This document shows positions 12,974 through 25,864 of a stretch of 64,000 nt of DNA, one piece after another. The translations under genes were made by a program, and so were the position numbers. The first letter of the stretch is position 1. Each line of letters begins with the position of its first letter. The notes under the pieces were generated by a model. That model saw nothing but the letters and a program-made list of their open reading frames with translations, did not search any database and was not told where the DNA came from. The DNA is from Sporopachydermia quercuum (taxonomy: Eukaryota). The stretch lies in contig BCGN01000006.1 of assembly GCA_001599295.1 (NCBI GenBank), forward strand, positions 1,302,001-1,366,000, in the 5' to 3' direction.

Positions 12974-15562
12974 CATAGAGATGATGCATGCTGTGGATCT
13001 AGTTATACGAATTTAGGGAATTATACAAAGAATATACTCCATAATATGTGTATCTAAAGCAAGATACTCATTTGGTATCATTTCTGCTATACGAAAGATA
13101 TAACAAGCTAAGTTCTTCAATTGGCCATCGATCTTTCAGTGAAACTGTTCATAAGTGAAGCTAGCTAGATAGGAGACCCCAAGTGGTTAGCTCAGCTTTT
13201 ATGCAGTATGTGAATTATTCAGTTCTAGTGCAGCAGGGAATCCACAGTTTGACTATGCAATGTGTTTTATTATCTTACGACAGCGATATTGTGCTTATAC
13301 GCTAAGATATGGTTAAAGGTGAGACGCAGATATCATGAACGGACTTGTTGTCTCAGTTCAGAGCCATAACAGTNTTTGTCTGACCGGGGATTTGATTCCA
13401 TTTCGTTGATTTAACTATCGATATCATTGAATAGGATTAGTAAGAAGATCAATAAAAGCAGTAGGGTCTTAAAAACGTTAAATAATTGATTATGAAATAA
13501 TTAATGATTTATCATATTACGAATTGTTCGGTATAAAGGTATAATAGCATGGAAACATTGGCCGTCATTAAACAATCAATATAGTCTTAACTTGAACATG
13601 ATATGATCCATTCATATATACAAAAATAGATCAGAAGCCAATATTTCAAAGGCTGAAATAGTGAATTGACTATTAGAACATTTTAAACAGTGAGTCAATA
13701 ATTCAGCATAATTCAGCGTAATTATACACGAAGCAGCAGCATAATTAAACAAATTCAGTACCCTCAAAGGTTGAGATTACTACTAACCATAGTATCGCCA
13801 GATGTTTATCGGCTTGTTTTCATTTATGATAAGAGCAGTGGTTCTATTTAAGCCGCAGAAACTAGAGTGATTTCATTATCATTTGGTGAAGATACTATTA
13901 TATCAGATAATATGATATCATGTTAAACACAAATTATCTGATAGCAAAAATCAATAAATCATTGGATTTCAATGCAGCAGAAACTCGTAATCACAATAGG
14001 CCCAATTCCTGTCAATCTCCATGATACCGAACACCCCAACAATTGCATCATCTCTTGGAGTAGATTAAATATTCACATGCTATTTAGGCTAATCAACATG
14101 CAAAGTAAACATTATAGTCTATTAATGTTTCTACTTCATCTCTTATTTACTTTTTTTTCAGTATAATATGCCTAACCAGCAATCAACCATATATTTCTCG
14201 TCTGGCACCAAACAATTTATACTCACGCCAATCATCATATCGTCTCAGTCTTAACACCACGAGGGCAGATCTAGATATTCAATGTTGCTACAATACTCTA
14301 GATTATTTCATTCAGGTTCAAAGATTTCTTCGATGCCCAATATCAACTCTTTTCAATTATACTAATGGTATCAGAGGTACAGAATAACAGTCAGGTTGGC
14401 CATTGTCTTTTTAGAAACTCAATCAGCTGACTTTAAACTTTAGTTCATTATACTGAATTTCTAATCCCAGAATCAAAACCAACCAGAAAGTACTGATTGT
14501 ATACTAATTGAATCAAAGATTGGAGGTTTTTCCTTGTTTGGTCAAATAATACAAATAATCATGCTGTTGTTTGTTGGCTGGTTACAACCGACATTCTTGG
14601 TGAATTATCAGCTAAAGTAATTCTTGACTAGTTGTATGACCAACAGAAACAGTTTTTATTACACATTTAGATAGATATTCAATCAAATTCATAATAATAA
14701 TAAGAATGTAATTTTACAATAGTAGTATAAGATATTAATAAGAAATAGTAATAATATAAGACAAGAAGAAGATTACAGTAACAATCTAACTGTGTGTATA
14801 TGAATACTCTACCTACATACGCAATANTCGGATTGTGATAACATTGCTGAAGATGCGATACAAAATAACTCGGTATTAATTCCTATTCCCTATCTGCTCA
14901 AAATTTCTCTCGCTTTCTCTCTACNTTCTCTTCACTTTATCCCTATACAAGAATCGTCATGAATGCCCTTATCAAAATCTGAGAAATAATTAGTACAATA
15001 AATGTGGATACTTTGATTTTATCAGATTGAGACCGATAAGAACTATAGACAGCCGCTCATCAGAATTTTGGTGTTTAACTGACTAGCGCTGGAATGGTTT
15101 TCTCTGTTAAGTTATCAATGGATGCAAAGAGTTGCCCGAAATCTTTTAACAGCTTTTACTCATTTAATTAGTATATAAATTTTTTATTTATTTATAGCAC
15201 TGTTGTTTTTTCTCTGAATTTACCTATGCATATTTGGACATTGACTCTTCTTCAGCTCTGAAGTTGAATAACCACTGACAATGTTTTATATTATGAACTG
15301 ATCTNTTACGGAATGNTGATTAACAACGATTACTACAAACACCGATTGATGTTAACAAGGGAAAAGACTTTAACGTAACATCAAATTGTACATGGTAGGT
15401 AAAGATATAGTATATTCTGTTGTTTTATTCATAATGCATCATTTTTGCATATTGATATATCTGAACTTATGCTGTGTACTATAAAATAATACTATTTTCT
15501 CTGTAATACTCTCCCGTATTTCCGCCATCATTTCCATTATTCAATAATCCCATTGTTTCCAA

Positions 15563-18500
15563 TTAATGAAATGACACCTTTCGGACATGTCCTCTTTCGA
15601 AACCGACTCCTGACCCAGCGGCTTCTCGAATATTCGCTTTATCCCGCTTAATGAGCCGTTCTAGTGCTTTTGTCGATGTGAAAATATCCCATAAAAAAGT
15701 ACGAACGGTAAACCGGAAACGGAACTGTTCCATCATCTCCATGACTCTTATAAACAGGTCTGGTGATCCGAACTTATCTCGGTACCGAGATTCAAGTCTA
15801 GAAATCTCTTTGGCCGCTTCATTTGCTAATATGGGACTACTTAAATTAACGATAGATTTTATTATTTTATCCGTTACCNGGTCGGTTTGTTTTTCGTGCT
15901 GGGCTTCTGGAGAAACGGAAGAGATATTAGCGAATTTCGGCAGGTCGAATGTTGGCTTAGTAGGCTGGAAAGGAATACCGGAAGCAGTACCAGAAGTTAG
16001 TGAAGGTAATACTATAGCCGAACGAGAAGCCGAAGCGGAACTCGCCCCGGAAACAGGGCCGGCTGATTGTCCCATATTAGGTGCCCCTGAAGTTGGTATC
16101 GCTTGAGACACAATGTTATCATCTCCTGTTTCTTCAACTTCATTATTAGTGGAGTCGGTTACCATCTCCGGATCTTTCTCAGATCGGAAATTATCCAGCA
16201 CATTATCATTGTAAGCATCAAAATAATCTTCTCCGTTTTCATCAGAATAATATCCGTAACTCATACTGCCATTCTTCTCAAAATCACTATAGTTTCCGGT
16301 CCCATTGTCATTGCCAAGAAAACTTAACTCATCTTCTTCAGTTATAATCTCCGGTTCGGCTTCTTCTACCGAGAAATAAGCTTCAATGTCATCCGGCAAC
16401 GCATATCCTAGTGGGATTCCGTTAACATCAAAACAGGAACTCCATCCTAGCTCATCAAGTATTTCAGTACCTTCGATTGTGGAAGCTATAATTCCCAAAA
16501 CCATAAAACATGTGCCTTTTAGGCTCCATATAGTAGAGTATCGGCATATAGTAACAATTTCCCCGATAATTCCCGACTCGTCCAATAGTGGAATCCCTAA
16601 TTCCGATGATCCGATATGGCCTACTGCCCATATACACCCTCGGAGAAAGTCTAAATTCTCTTCGGAGAATTGCTCGGAACGCCACCTTCGGATAGAAAGG
16701 CACAAATTGATAAAATGTCCGGCTCGATGTAATAATTGACAACCTTCTTCTGTTTTCACTAGTTCTCCGAAAAAGTGCTGAGGAAACCCCGAATATCCGC
16801 TTCCGTTCGTGTTTATATTACCTCCATTTCCTTCCGCCATCGTTCCCGATATATTTTCGGCCCGATCCCACCGATCCCGGTTCCACGGCCCAAATTCCAT
16901 TAATATCAACCGGTCTATTTCTACTACATATGCCGTGTTTTTCCCGTTCATCCATCTGTCCATTTCTGGCTCCACAAAGTTGAGCCGAGATAAATACTCA
17001 AATCCTGAAGTCGCAGAGAGAAATCGGAGCACCAACGGAGTTCCTTTAGGCCCCAAATGATGTAATATCGGCCTATTATTAACCACCTCTTCTAATTTAT
17101 CAGATCCTTGGGCACAGTATTCGTCTAAATACCCGATGGCTTTGATTCCGATTTCTCCCATCGCTTCTGGGTCGTATAGTTGTCGTACCATTAGCCGAAC
17201 GGCCCATTTCCGGGTCGGACTGTCTTCCGAAGTTACTAGCAACGTCCCTAGTTTTTCCGTGGCAAATAGCTTAAGCTGTTTTGATTCCGACCGGAGTACT
17301 TTCATGAATATTATCCGAGCGTGTCCTTCATACTGATAACTCAAAGAGTCAATTATTAGCCGAGCCAAATCTGTCCGATTGGGCAATTCGGTTAAATGGT
17401 ACAACATGTTAAACATTCTCCACTTTTCCAGCATTTTTATTCCGTTTTTATCTGACGAGATAACACCTAAAAAGGCAAAATACCCCGAGCTCATAGTATT
17501 TTCGAGCTGAGTCTGAGAAAATAACGGATCAGTAGCGGAGATTCCCGAGGTTGGGTCAAGCTGTGCCAAACACTCCGATATTTGCCGTAAAAGCTTGTTA
17601 TCGGTTAAATACGCAACTCCGACGGAGCAACTTAAAAGCGTCCGCATAAGCTCGCACCCAACTCGGGTATATTTAAGATTTCCTCGGGTATTCTTAGCCG
17701 CGGAGTACCGAAACTTAAACGGCCGGTAAAAAGACAATAATCGCTTAATAAACTTTGTGTTCCGAATCATTTCATCAAGCCGTCGGGCGTCCCGAAGGGG
17801 ACCTTGTAACAATTCTTGCAGCAAAGTCCAATTCCATCGTTTGTACACTTTAGTCAACAACACACCCGTGTCTGTAACCAATTGCTTAAAATAACCGTCG
17901 TCGATATTTTGGATTAGCTGAGCTTTTAATGCTTGCCGTGCATATGGCGTTATTTCCGATATTCCGTGTGTTTTCCGCATCGCTTTCTCAATTTGGAAAA
18001 TTCCGGAAAATGCCGGCAGGTTTCCTTCCACCGCGCCTTCAAATAAGGTTCCATAACTGGCCGGAGTTACCCATAATTGCTGGGGCAGAGTTTTAGTTGC
18101 CAGAATTGAGAATTCACATAAAAGCAGTACCGACTTTCTAGAGTTCAGCTGGTCTAGACCTTCGTTTATGATATTGATGAGGGCTCCGGGAAGACCCGAC
18201 TTGATTAGGATTACCAGAACCAGGGCAAAGTATTGCCGGAGAAGTTTTTTTAGGTTCTTGTTATTTCCGGAATTCCCCAGACCCAACCCACCGTTGTTAT
18301 TATTGCTATTACTATTACTATTATTATTTCCACTATTGCTCCACGGTAGCGCCCGGATTGCTAAAACGTCCAAAAACACATCCATAACTATATCCCGGAT
18401 CACCGGAGTTTTATAATATAAACATCGGACTAATGTCTTCATTGGGAAAAAGCCTTTCCGAGAAAAACTTAGTAATCCCGTAAAAGATTTAAGAAACCCA

Positions 18501-20061
18501 GCAAGCAGAAAAGCTCCATTTTGAAGCTTTTCTATGCTTAAATGCTGCCTTGATTGGATCTCAGAAAAGATAGATACTAGGAACCTCATATCTAATCCGT
18601 TCTGAAGAAAACGTCTGCCGCTGGGTGTATTAAGTAAATTAAGTACTGCCATACAGCATAATGGGGACATTTCGTAAGGTCCATCTGATATACATTGAAG
18701 GAGAGATCGAAGACCATTTGCATCTACTATTATTTCCGGGTTGAACAATAAGATTTCCGCTATAGTTTCCAAGGCTAAATTACGGAAGGGGTCTCCGGGT
18801 TGTTCCGCTAGCGCTACTAGAGCCCGGGAAACCCCGATTGAGATTTCGGAAGCTCCGTCGGGGATTTGGAGGAAACTTCGGATAAACTTGAACGCTTGGA
18901 TTCGTTCCGATTGGAATTTCGGGTCTTTTGCTAAAGCTCGGATAAGGAAAAGGTCAATTCTCAGTCTTCGGAACAATTGAATCGATTCTTTGGAATGCAG
19001 GGAATACCGAGCTATTCGGAACCCGCAGGCTACTACTTCCGTTTTACTGTTCAAAAGTAAAGTTTGTGTACTGTGCGAATATGCATGTTAGTGAGAAGGT
19101 TCAAATAACGGCAATGATATCAGGATCACAATTAAAAGAACAAAAACACATACCGAAGCCCAAATGCTTCTAAGGCAATATCCTTCCGAATCTCAGGTCG
19201 TTGTTTCAATAGAACTACTAAATCATTGGCTTTCTGTACAAGAAACATCGGATCTTTGTCCCGATCACCTAAACTTTGTAACAAATCGCCAATAAGCCAC
19301 GTCGGACTTTCCACTAGCTCGCCTGGATCGCTACCGGATTCGCCGGTTGTGGCCCTATTCAACCCGAGATTTGCCGAGGTGACGGGTGATTCACCTGCGT
19401 AATTGGCTTCATATATAAGTCCCATGTCGTCATACAGTCCAGAGTTTGCCCGGTGAGCAAATATTCCCTCCCGAGGAGTCGGAGATGGCAAATTCTCAAA
19501 ACTTGCGTTTCCTTGTTGGAAAAACAACGGAGAGAGTTGTTTTCTCGGAGTTTCCACATCCGAATATGTCCTGTTCACTTTCAGTTTATCGATCTTCTGC
19601 CGAAGCTCGCTTACGTTCGGCTCTTCCGCTTCCGGGGCATTTGATCCAAGCACTGGCTGTCCTATAACTGTGTCAAATTGCTCTTTTGAAATCTGTTTGG
19701 CGTCCAGTTCGCTGACCATGCCAGACAGACGACTGTCGGAATAATCACTGTCGGTGATTGAGTAATGGGACATCAATGTATTTGTCCGTGAGCGGGTAAA
19801 ATCGGTTCTCGGGCCCACATTGGGTAAAGTTTCGGCCCTTTGCAATTGCTGTGGTTTTGATGGTTCCGATATCTTCTCCGGTTTTTCGTTAGTTGATGGA
19901 GTGGTGTTCAGTGAAGTGAAGCCTGAATGTAAGATCACGGGTGTAATAGGGACCGCTAGTGCACTGGAAGATCTGTTTGGGATTGGATTTACCGGTAGGA
20001 GATGGTCGGATAATCCCGGCTGAGTTTCGGATGAGTCCAGAGATTTCTGTACGTTTGACAT
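15563..20061 (-). CDS. AVO3: TORC2 subunit Avo3/Tsc11 (Rictor/Ste20), 2 exons
   Basis: Exon 1 20061-19154; intron 19153-19071 (GTATGT...CACTAAC...CAG); exon 2 19070-15563. Rictor motifs ERIQAFKFIRSF, KRLLSFYRPF, WAVGHIGSSELG, SLKGTCFMVLG. Confidence 0.95.
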
Positions 20062-21438
20062 GATGTGTAATGCATTTCCGGTTTTTTAAATTGCAGTAAT
20101 TCCTATTATAATATCCGATTTTCTCCGTAATTTTCTCCAGTTTCCGACCCGAAGTTTCAATATATACACGGTTGTCAATACAAGCCCAGATTTTTGTATT
20201 TGTATCCGTTCTGTTTCCGCTGGCTTCCCTTCCGGTGTCGTTAAATCTTTCGTGCGCGCTAAACACCCACTCTGAATGTGGTTTTTGAAACCAAAGCAAT
20301 CGCTCTAAGCCGCTTTTTCTGTCAAAGGAAGACTCCGGAACTGCTGCTATGCTGTTCAAATATCTCGGATAAACAATTGATCAGATTCGGGAGCTCAATT
20401 TACTTCGAAGTCGAACGGATCAAATGCTATTGTATGCGAAGAAAGGAAAACACATACAAACAAAGTTGAAGTTTGTATGGGGAAATTAGAGGGGTGATTC
20501 TGGATACGATAGTAGACTTGATATAGCTGAGATTTCAAGGGTGACGCTTACTATTATTTCCGGAACGTATAATTACGGAGATCAAAGCAGTTTTTGGTAG
20601 GACAACAAGGTCAACGTGAATGCATAAGTTTGATATGAATAATCAGTAAATATAAAAATGTGCTTTTACAAGGGAGTTAGTAGTTGTATTTAAAAGGGAT
20701 TCTGACGCTGAAATAATGGTTTTGAGATTGATTGCTGTTAGTAATTATATATTGTACTAATAGACAGAAAGAACACAACAATAACGGAAATGATGAGCAA
20801 GACAAATTATAGAATGGCACGTGATATAATTATTTCCGAAAGTTTTGCACACCACGGAACCTTTACGATAAAATAACGGCAAACTGAGCACAAAACTCGG
20901 AATAAACTTGGCATAAATCAATTACAAAAACCAAGATTACCCGAATATCTTGGCTGAAAACTAATCCTCTAAATAATTCAACAGTCATGGCGTTTAGATC
21001 TTCTATTAACTATTGTATGTTAACTATTAACTATAATATCTTTCTTGCTATTCTTTCTTTATCAAAGGAAACCAAATCAATTCGATAATAAGAGAGGAAT
21101 CTATATTTATTTTTTCTATATGAATATTGCAAATTGAGTTGTTTATTGGAAGTTCTCCGTTATGATGAAATTGAGGAACTGAATAGCAAATAAGAAATCA
21201 TCAATCAGCTGGCAACATACTAACTATAGCATAACAGCAGAAAAAACTCAGACAGTTATTATAGAGCAATAATACTAGTATCTGACCATGCTATTATGCT
21301 ATAGTAGTAATATTATCATACTATAATTATACTATTCATACAATACCCTTTGAACCATCAGCCTATCATGGCTCATAGAATCCTCCTTCTGATTTCTCGC
21401 TTGCTCCTGACTACCCCACAACTGCCCTCAAGTACCAT

Positions 21439-24400
21439 TCATTCAACCTTAATCTTATTACATCTCGTTCTCCAAACCCCCTCTCCAAACTTAAACAGCT
21501 CATCTAGAATAATTACAGGAAAACTTATAACCAAAACGGCTTTCCATTCTTGCCAATTCAGCGGTACAACGGAAAACATACCATTGAATATCGGAACATA
21601 TAATATGATCAAATGTAGTAAGACGGAAAGGATAACCGCATACACTAAGTACTTATTCTTCCATACCGGAAATAATAGCAATGAATCGCTCTCCGATAAC
21701 GAATTGACGGCATTAAACATCTCAATTATAACCAAAATGGATAGTGAAATGGTTGAGGCTTTTGTAGCATTTCCATTATCAAACATCTCACATCCGATTT
21801 CGGGAAATTCGGTTGAACAATGATGGAATCGGGTTAATTGATGATAAGTGATTCTTGGTCCGAGATCAGAGAAGATGAAATACCAAGCGTAGCCGAAAAC
21901 GGTGGCTATTCCGACATAGCTTCCGACAACACAGTAGCGGAATAAAGTGTATAAACTTACAATTGGTTCGGATTTGTCCCGAGGCTTCCTGGTCATTACC
22001 TGTTTATCAGGGGGGTTAAACCCTAATGCGGTAGCAGGTAATCCATCCGTGACAAGATTAACCCATAGTAATTGAACAGGAATTAAGGCTTCGGGCATTC
22101 CCATTAATGCCGTAAGGAAAATAGACACAACTTCGCCGATATTTGACGAAATAAGGTACCGGATAAACTGCCGAGTATTGTTGTAAATGGTTCGACCTTC
22201 TTCTATGGCCGTTTCAATGGTGGCAAAGTTATCATCGGCTAAGACCAAATCTGCGGCTAATTTCGCTACTTCGGTTCCAGTTCCCATCGCAATTCCGATA
22301 TCGGCAGCTTTTAGAGCTGCGGCATCGTTCACACCATCTCCGGTCATCGCCACAACGTTTCCGCTCTTCTGGAGGACGTCTACTAGTAAGGTTTTGTGTG
22401 CCGGCTCTACACGAGAAAAGAGCCGAGCTTTATTAGCGCAAATTATCTTATCCGGTTCTGACATAGCAGCGAAATCTTTACCAGAAACGCTGTATTCCTT
22501 TGTAATCGTTTCCGGTTTATCGGAATCTTCGATATCGGCAAAGATTCCTATTTGGGAAGCGATAGCTTCTGCAGTTGTTTTGCTATCACCCGTAATAACT
22601 ATAACCTTGATTCCCGCTTGGTGACATTTGGCAATACTAGCGTGAACTTCGGGCCGAGGAGGATCAAACATAACGGCAAAGCCGACGAAGGTTAAATCGG
22701 ATTCGAGTTTGAGAAAATCTTCGGAAGAAGTTGCCGAATCGAGTAAATTTCTGTCTAAATCTGTGAAATTGTCCCGGTAGGCCAAAGCCAGAACTCTAAA
22801 GCCCTTTTTAGCGTATGTTTCTACAGAACCGAGGATTAAAGTTAACTGGGCTTCCGTTATCGGAGATGCCGACACTCCCGATTGGGAAACGCCATGAAGA
22901 TACTTACTACATCGGGCTAAAATCGACTCGGGAGCTCCCTTAACAAATAATTGACTTTCCTGTTCAGGATTTAAAGTTAGTACCGACATACTTTTCCTGT
23001 CTCGGGAGAATTCAAACGTGGCGACTTTCTTCACCGATCGGGAAATTTGTTGATTTACCGGACAAACTTTATCCCCACTAGCAACTTCATCCTCCACTTT
23101 ACCCTTAAACCCTAATTTCTCCACCATAACTTTCAAAGCTGCTTCCGTTGGTTCTCCGATATGTGAATAAGTTCCGGTTGTTTCATTCCGAGAGATTCCG
23201 GCTTCGTTACAAACAGAGGAAATTAAAATAATCTTTTCAATACACTCAGACCGAGAATCACCCAATTCAGCAAGCATCTCGCCCGACTCGGTATAGACTT
23301 CTCCTTCAGGATTGAAATCAGTTCCAGATATTTCCAGCTCTGTTAATTCTTCTCCTGATTTGAAATAAACCGCATGACGCACACACATTTTATTAGTAGT
23401 CAACGTTCCTGTTTTATCCGAACAGATCACATTTGTGGCCCCTAATGTCTCCACACTCGGAAGAGTCCGCACTATAGCATTCTGGGCCGCCATCTTCTTA
23501 GTACCTAATGCCAAACAGGTAGTAATAACCACGGCTAAGCCTTCAGGAATTGCAGCTACCGCTAACGCCACAGCAATCTTAAAATAGTATATGGCTCCTC
23601 TCAGCCAAGTTTTATGCACTGGATCATTAAAGTTGCCGATATTGATGAGCCACACAGCCACACATATTACTGTGATAACCTTAGCTAGCATATCGCCGAA
23701 ATCGTCCAGCTTTTCCTTTAACGGCGTCGGATGTGAAATCTGAGCGGTTATAGATGTATGGATGTTTCCTATAGCAGTATCGAGTCCTGTGGCAGTAACA
23801 ATTGCTTTCCCCGTGCCAGCAGTTACTACTGTGCCTGAGAATAGGGTGTTAATCTGGTCCTGCTTTACGGCGTCCCGGTCAGCTATAGCCGATATTTCCT
23901 TGGATACAGAAACTGATTCACCAGTTAAAATAGATTGGTCTACCCGGAATGATTTTGAGGAGATCTCCGCTAACCGACAGTCTGCGGGGATGGAATCTCC
24001 TACTGATAAATGCACAATATCTCCCGGGACTAATAACGCGGGGTTGATTTTAGCCACAGTTCCGTCCCGAAGCACTTTTGCCGCAGAAGTGGCGTAGCTG
24101 TTTAAAGCGGCAATTGCACTTTCGGCCGAGGTTTCTTGTTTCACACCTACAACAGCATTTAGTATGAGAATGGTGAGAATAACTATCGGATCCACAAATG
24201 AGGAAAATGATAATGACTCGTCGGAATCCAACAAAACAAGTAGGAAAGAAACGACGGCAGATCCGAGAAGAATTAAGGTTAGCTGGTCTTCCAGTTGGTT
24301 CAAAATCAGCTTCCAAATCGGGGTTGGCGGGTCGTCTGGTAGACTATTTTCCCCGTGTTCGGCTAACCGAGCCGAAGCAACTTGAGAGGATAAGCCAGTC

Positions 24401-24462
24401 TTAAGGTCAGTTTCAAGTTTTTGTGCCACTTCGGCTGGCTCAAAAAGGAAATACCTCGTCAT
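21439..24462 (-). CDS. SERCA-type (P2A) endoplasmic reticulum Ca2+-ATPase
   Basis: 1007 aa. DKTGT, TGES, FSRDRKSMS, KGAPE, GDGVND. M5/M6 RQFIRYLISSNIGEVVSIF and LLWVNLVTDGLPATALGFNPPD plus M8 IEMFNA are SERCA-type, not Pmr1/SPCA-type. Confidence 0.93.
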   Translation of the reverse strand: MTRYFLFEPAEVAQKLETDLKTGLSSQVASARLAEHGENSLPDDPPTPIWKLILNQLEDQLTLILLGSAVVSFLLVLLDSDESLSFSSFVDPIVILTILILNAVVGVKQETSAESAIAALNSYATSAAKVLRDGTVAKINPALLVPGDIVHLSVGDSIPADCRLAEISSKSFRVDQSILTGESVSVSKEISAIADRDAVKQDQINTLFSGTVVTAGTGKAIVTATGLDTAIGNIHTSITAQISHPTPLKEKLDDFGDMLAKVITVICVAVWLINIGNFNDPVHKTWLRGAIYYFKIAVALAVAAIPEGLAVVITTCLALGTKKMAAQNAIVRTLPSVETLGATNVICSDKTGTLTTNKMCVRHAVYFKSGEELTELEISGTDFNPEGEVYTESGEMLAELGDSRSECIEKIILISSVCNEAGISRNETTGTYSHIGEPTEAALKVMVEKLGFKGKVEDEVASGDKVCPVNQQISRSVKKVATFEFSRDRKSMSVLTLNPEQESQLFVKGAPESILARCSKYLHGVSQSGVSASPITEAQLTLILGSVETYAKKGFRVLALAYRDNFTDLDRNLLDSATSSEDFLKLESDLTFVGFAVMFDPPRPEVHASIAKCHQAGIKVIVITGDSKTTAEAIASQIGIFADIEDSDKPETITKEYSVSGKDFAAMSEPDKIICANKARLFSRVEPAHKTLLVDVLQKSGNVVAMTGDGVNDAAALKAADIGIAMGTGTEVAKLAADLVLADDNFATIETAIEEGRTIYNNTRQFIRYLISSNIGEVVSIFLTALMGMPEALIPVQLLWVNLVTDGLPATALGFNPPDKQVMTRKPRDKSEPIVSLYTLFRYCVVGSYVGIATVFGYAWYFIFSDLGPRITYHQLTRFHHCSTEFPEIGCEMFDNGNATKASTISLSILVIIEMFNAVNSLSESDSLLLFPVWKNKYLVYAVILSVLLHLIILYVPIFNGMFSVVPLNWQEWKAVLVISFPVIILDELFKFGEGVWRTRCNKIKVE

Positions 24463-24830
24463 TTTACGCCAAATTGAACAATTCTGTGGCTGTTGTGTTC
24501 CGATATTGATCCTATATTGATTCGAATTTCGACTATCTTCCGATAACTTCTCACAGCGCTACCACAATAACCATTCAACGGACTGCCAATGGATATTGAT
24601 TGACTTCTGTACAGATAACCTCAAATCACACAGCTGCTTCCATATAGAAATCAGCAAGTATACTACCGATTTTGCCGAGTATTTCTGTGACTAAAAGTAA
24701 TATCAGTANATAGAAAGGATGAAAGAATAAAAGAATAAAAAAGACAGAAGCAGAATGGAAATCTGGCAAAGAATCAGAGAGAAAAAAGGTTTGTAATAGT
24801 GTTCAAGAGAGTTGCCGGATTGGGTTTATA

Positions 24831-24870
24831 TGCAGGAAAATGCAAGAAAGTGCAAGAAAATGCAAAGAAT
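24831..24870. repeat. Degenerate 10-bp tandem repeat
   Basis: tgcaggaaaa tgcaagaaag tgcaagaaaa tgcaaagaat. Confidence 0.6.
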
Positions 24871-25864
24871 AAGCATATGGTTTGACTAATTGGGTAAGAA
24901 AGAAGGGAAAATGAACNAATTAGGGAATTATGGGGTGGGTGTTATGAAGATTATATGAAATGAGTAAGACAATGAGGTTTGCTGCACATATGGCGGTAAA
25001 AGGAGAGGAAAATTAGTTGTATTTGATGAAGAATTTGTAAAGCTTCTAGTGGTATTAAGTTGCTGATTTTGGTAGAATTGTGGTTACTTTTGAGCGTTTT
25101 TGGGTTATTGACAGGTGGTCAATTAGTTGTTACCAAGATGAAAATGTGGGACAATTGTGACAAATAAGTGTTATAAATGTGACATAGAGATAGAATAGTA
25201 TGGGAGAAGGAAGTTTGTTCAGTAGTAGTAGCAGTTAAATGGAAGCCAAACTAGTTTATTAATCATGATCTGTTGATATAACAAAAGTAATTGCCCACAC
25301 ATTATTTGTTTCCTCTTTTGAGTGTAACAACATATAGTTTCTACTTATCTTATCTTTCAGTCTGAGTAAATCCATGACAAAAGGTATCTATAGCATGTGT
25401 CATGAATTCTGATTAACGCAACGTGTACTTGCCACTAGAAGTGTAATTATGACAGTTTTAGTTGCTGAGTGTAGAAATATAAAAGGGCCAAATAAATAGT
25501 AACTCCTTTATGCAAAAAAGACCATAAATGGTGTTTCTTGTTCAAAATAATCGCCGAGTGATGAATGGCGAAATGCCCTAGAAAATGAATCATTTTAATT
25601 TTTAACTTTTACATGTACTAAAATATACGTATAACTATGCAATGTGCGCATACAACTTCAAATGTTAAACGTGTTTACATGTAGACAATGAACGGTTTAG
25701 CATAATCTAATACATTTGCTGTGATTATTCCTTTAACTCAATAAATAAATTGACTTAAAACAGAAAAGGAAATTCATTTTTATGTACAAGTAAGGAAGCC
25801 TCAATCTGTTGAATCAAACGACATTTTCTAGTTCCTCATTCTCCCTTCTCAAATCCCCCTTTGC

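Noticed and set aside
14366..14376. TGGTATCAGAG resembling a retroelement primer-binding site
   Set aside because: It matches the plant-type tRNA-iMet PBS; there is no adjacent LTR or gag/pol remnant.
19889..20359. 156-aa ORF upstream of and overlapping AVO3
   Set aside because: TTG start, different frame from AVO3, no motifs; likely a by-product of the locally GC-richer sequence.
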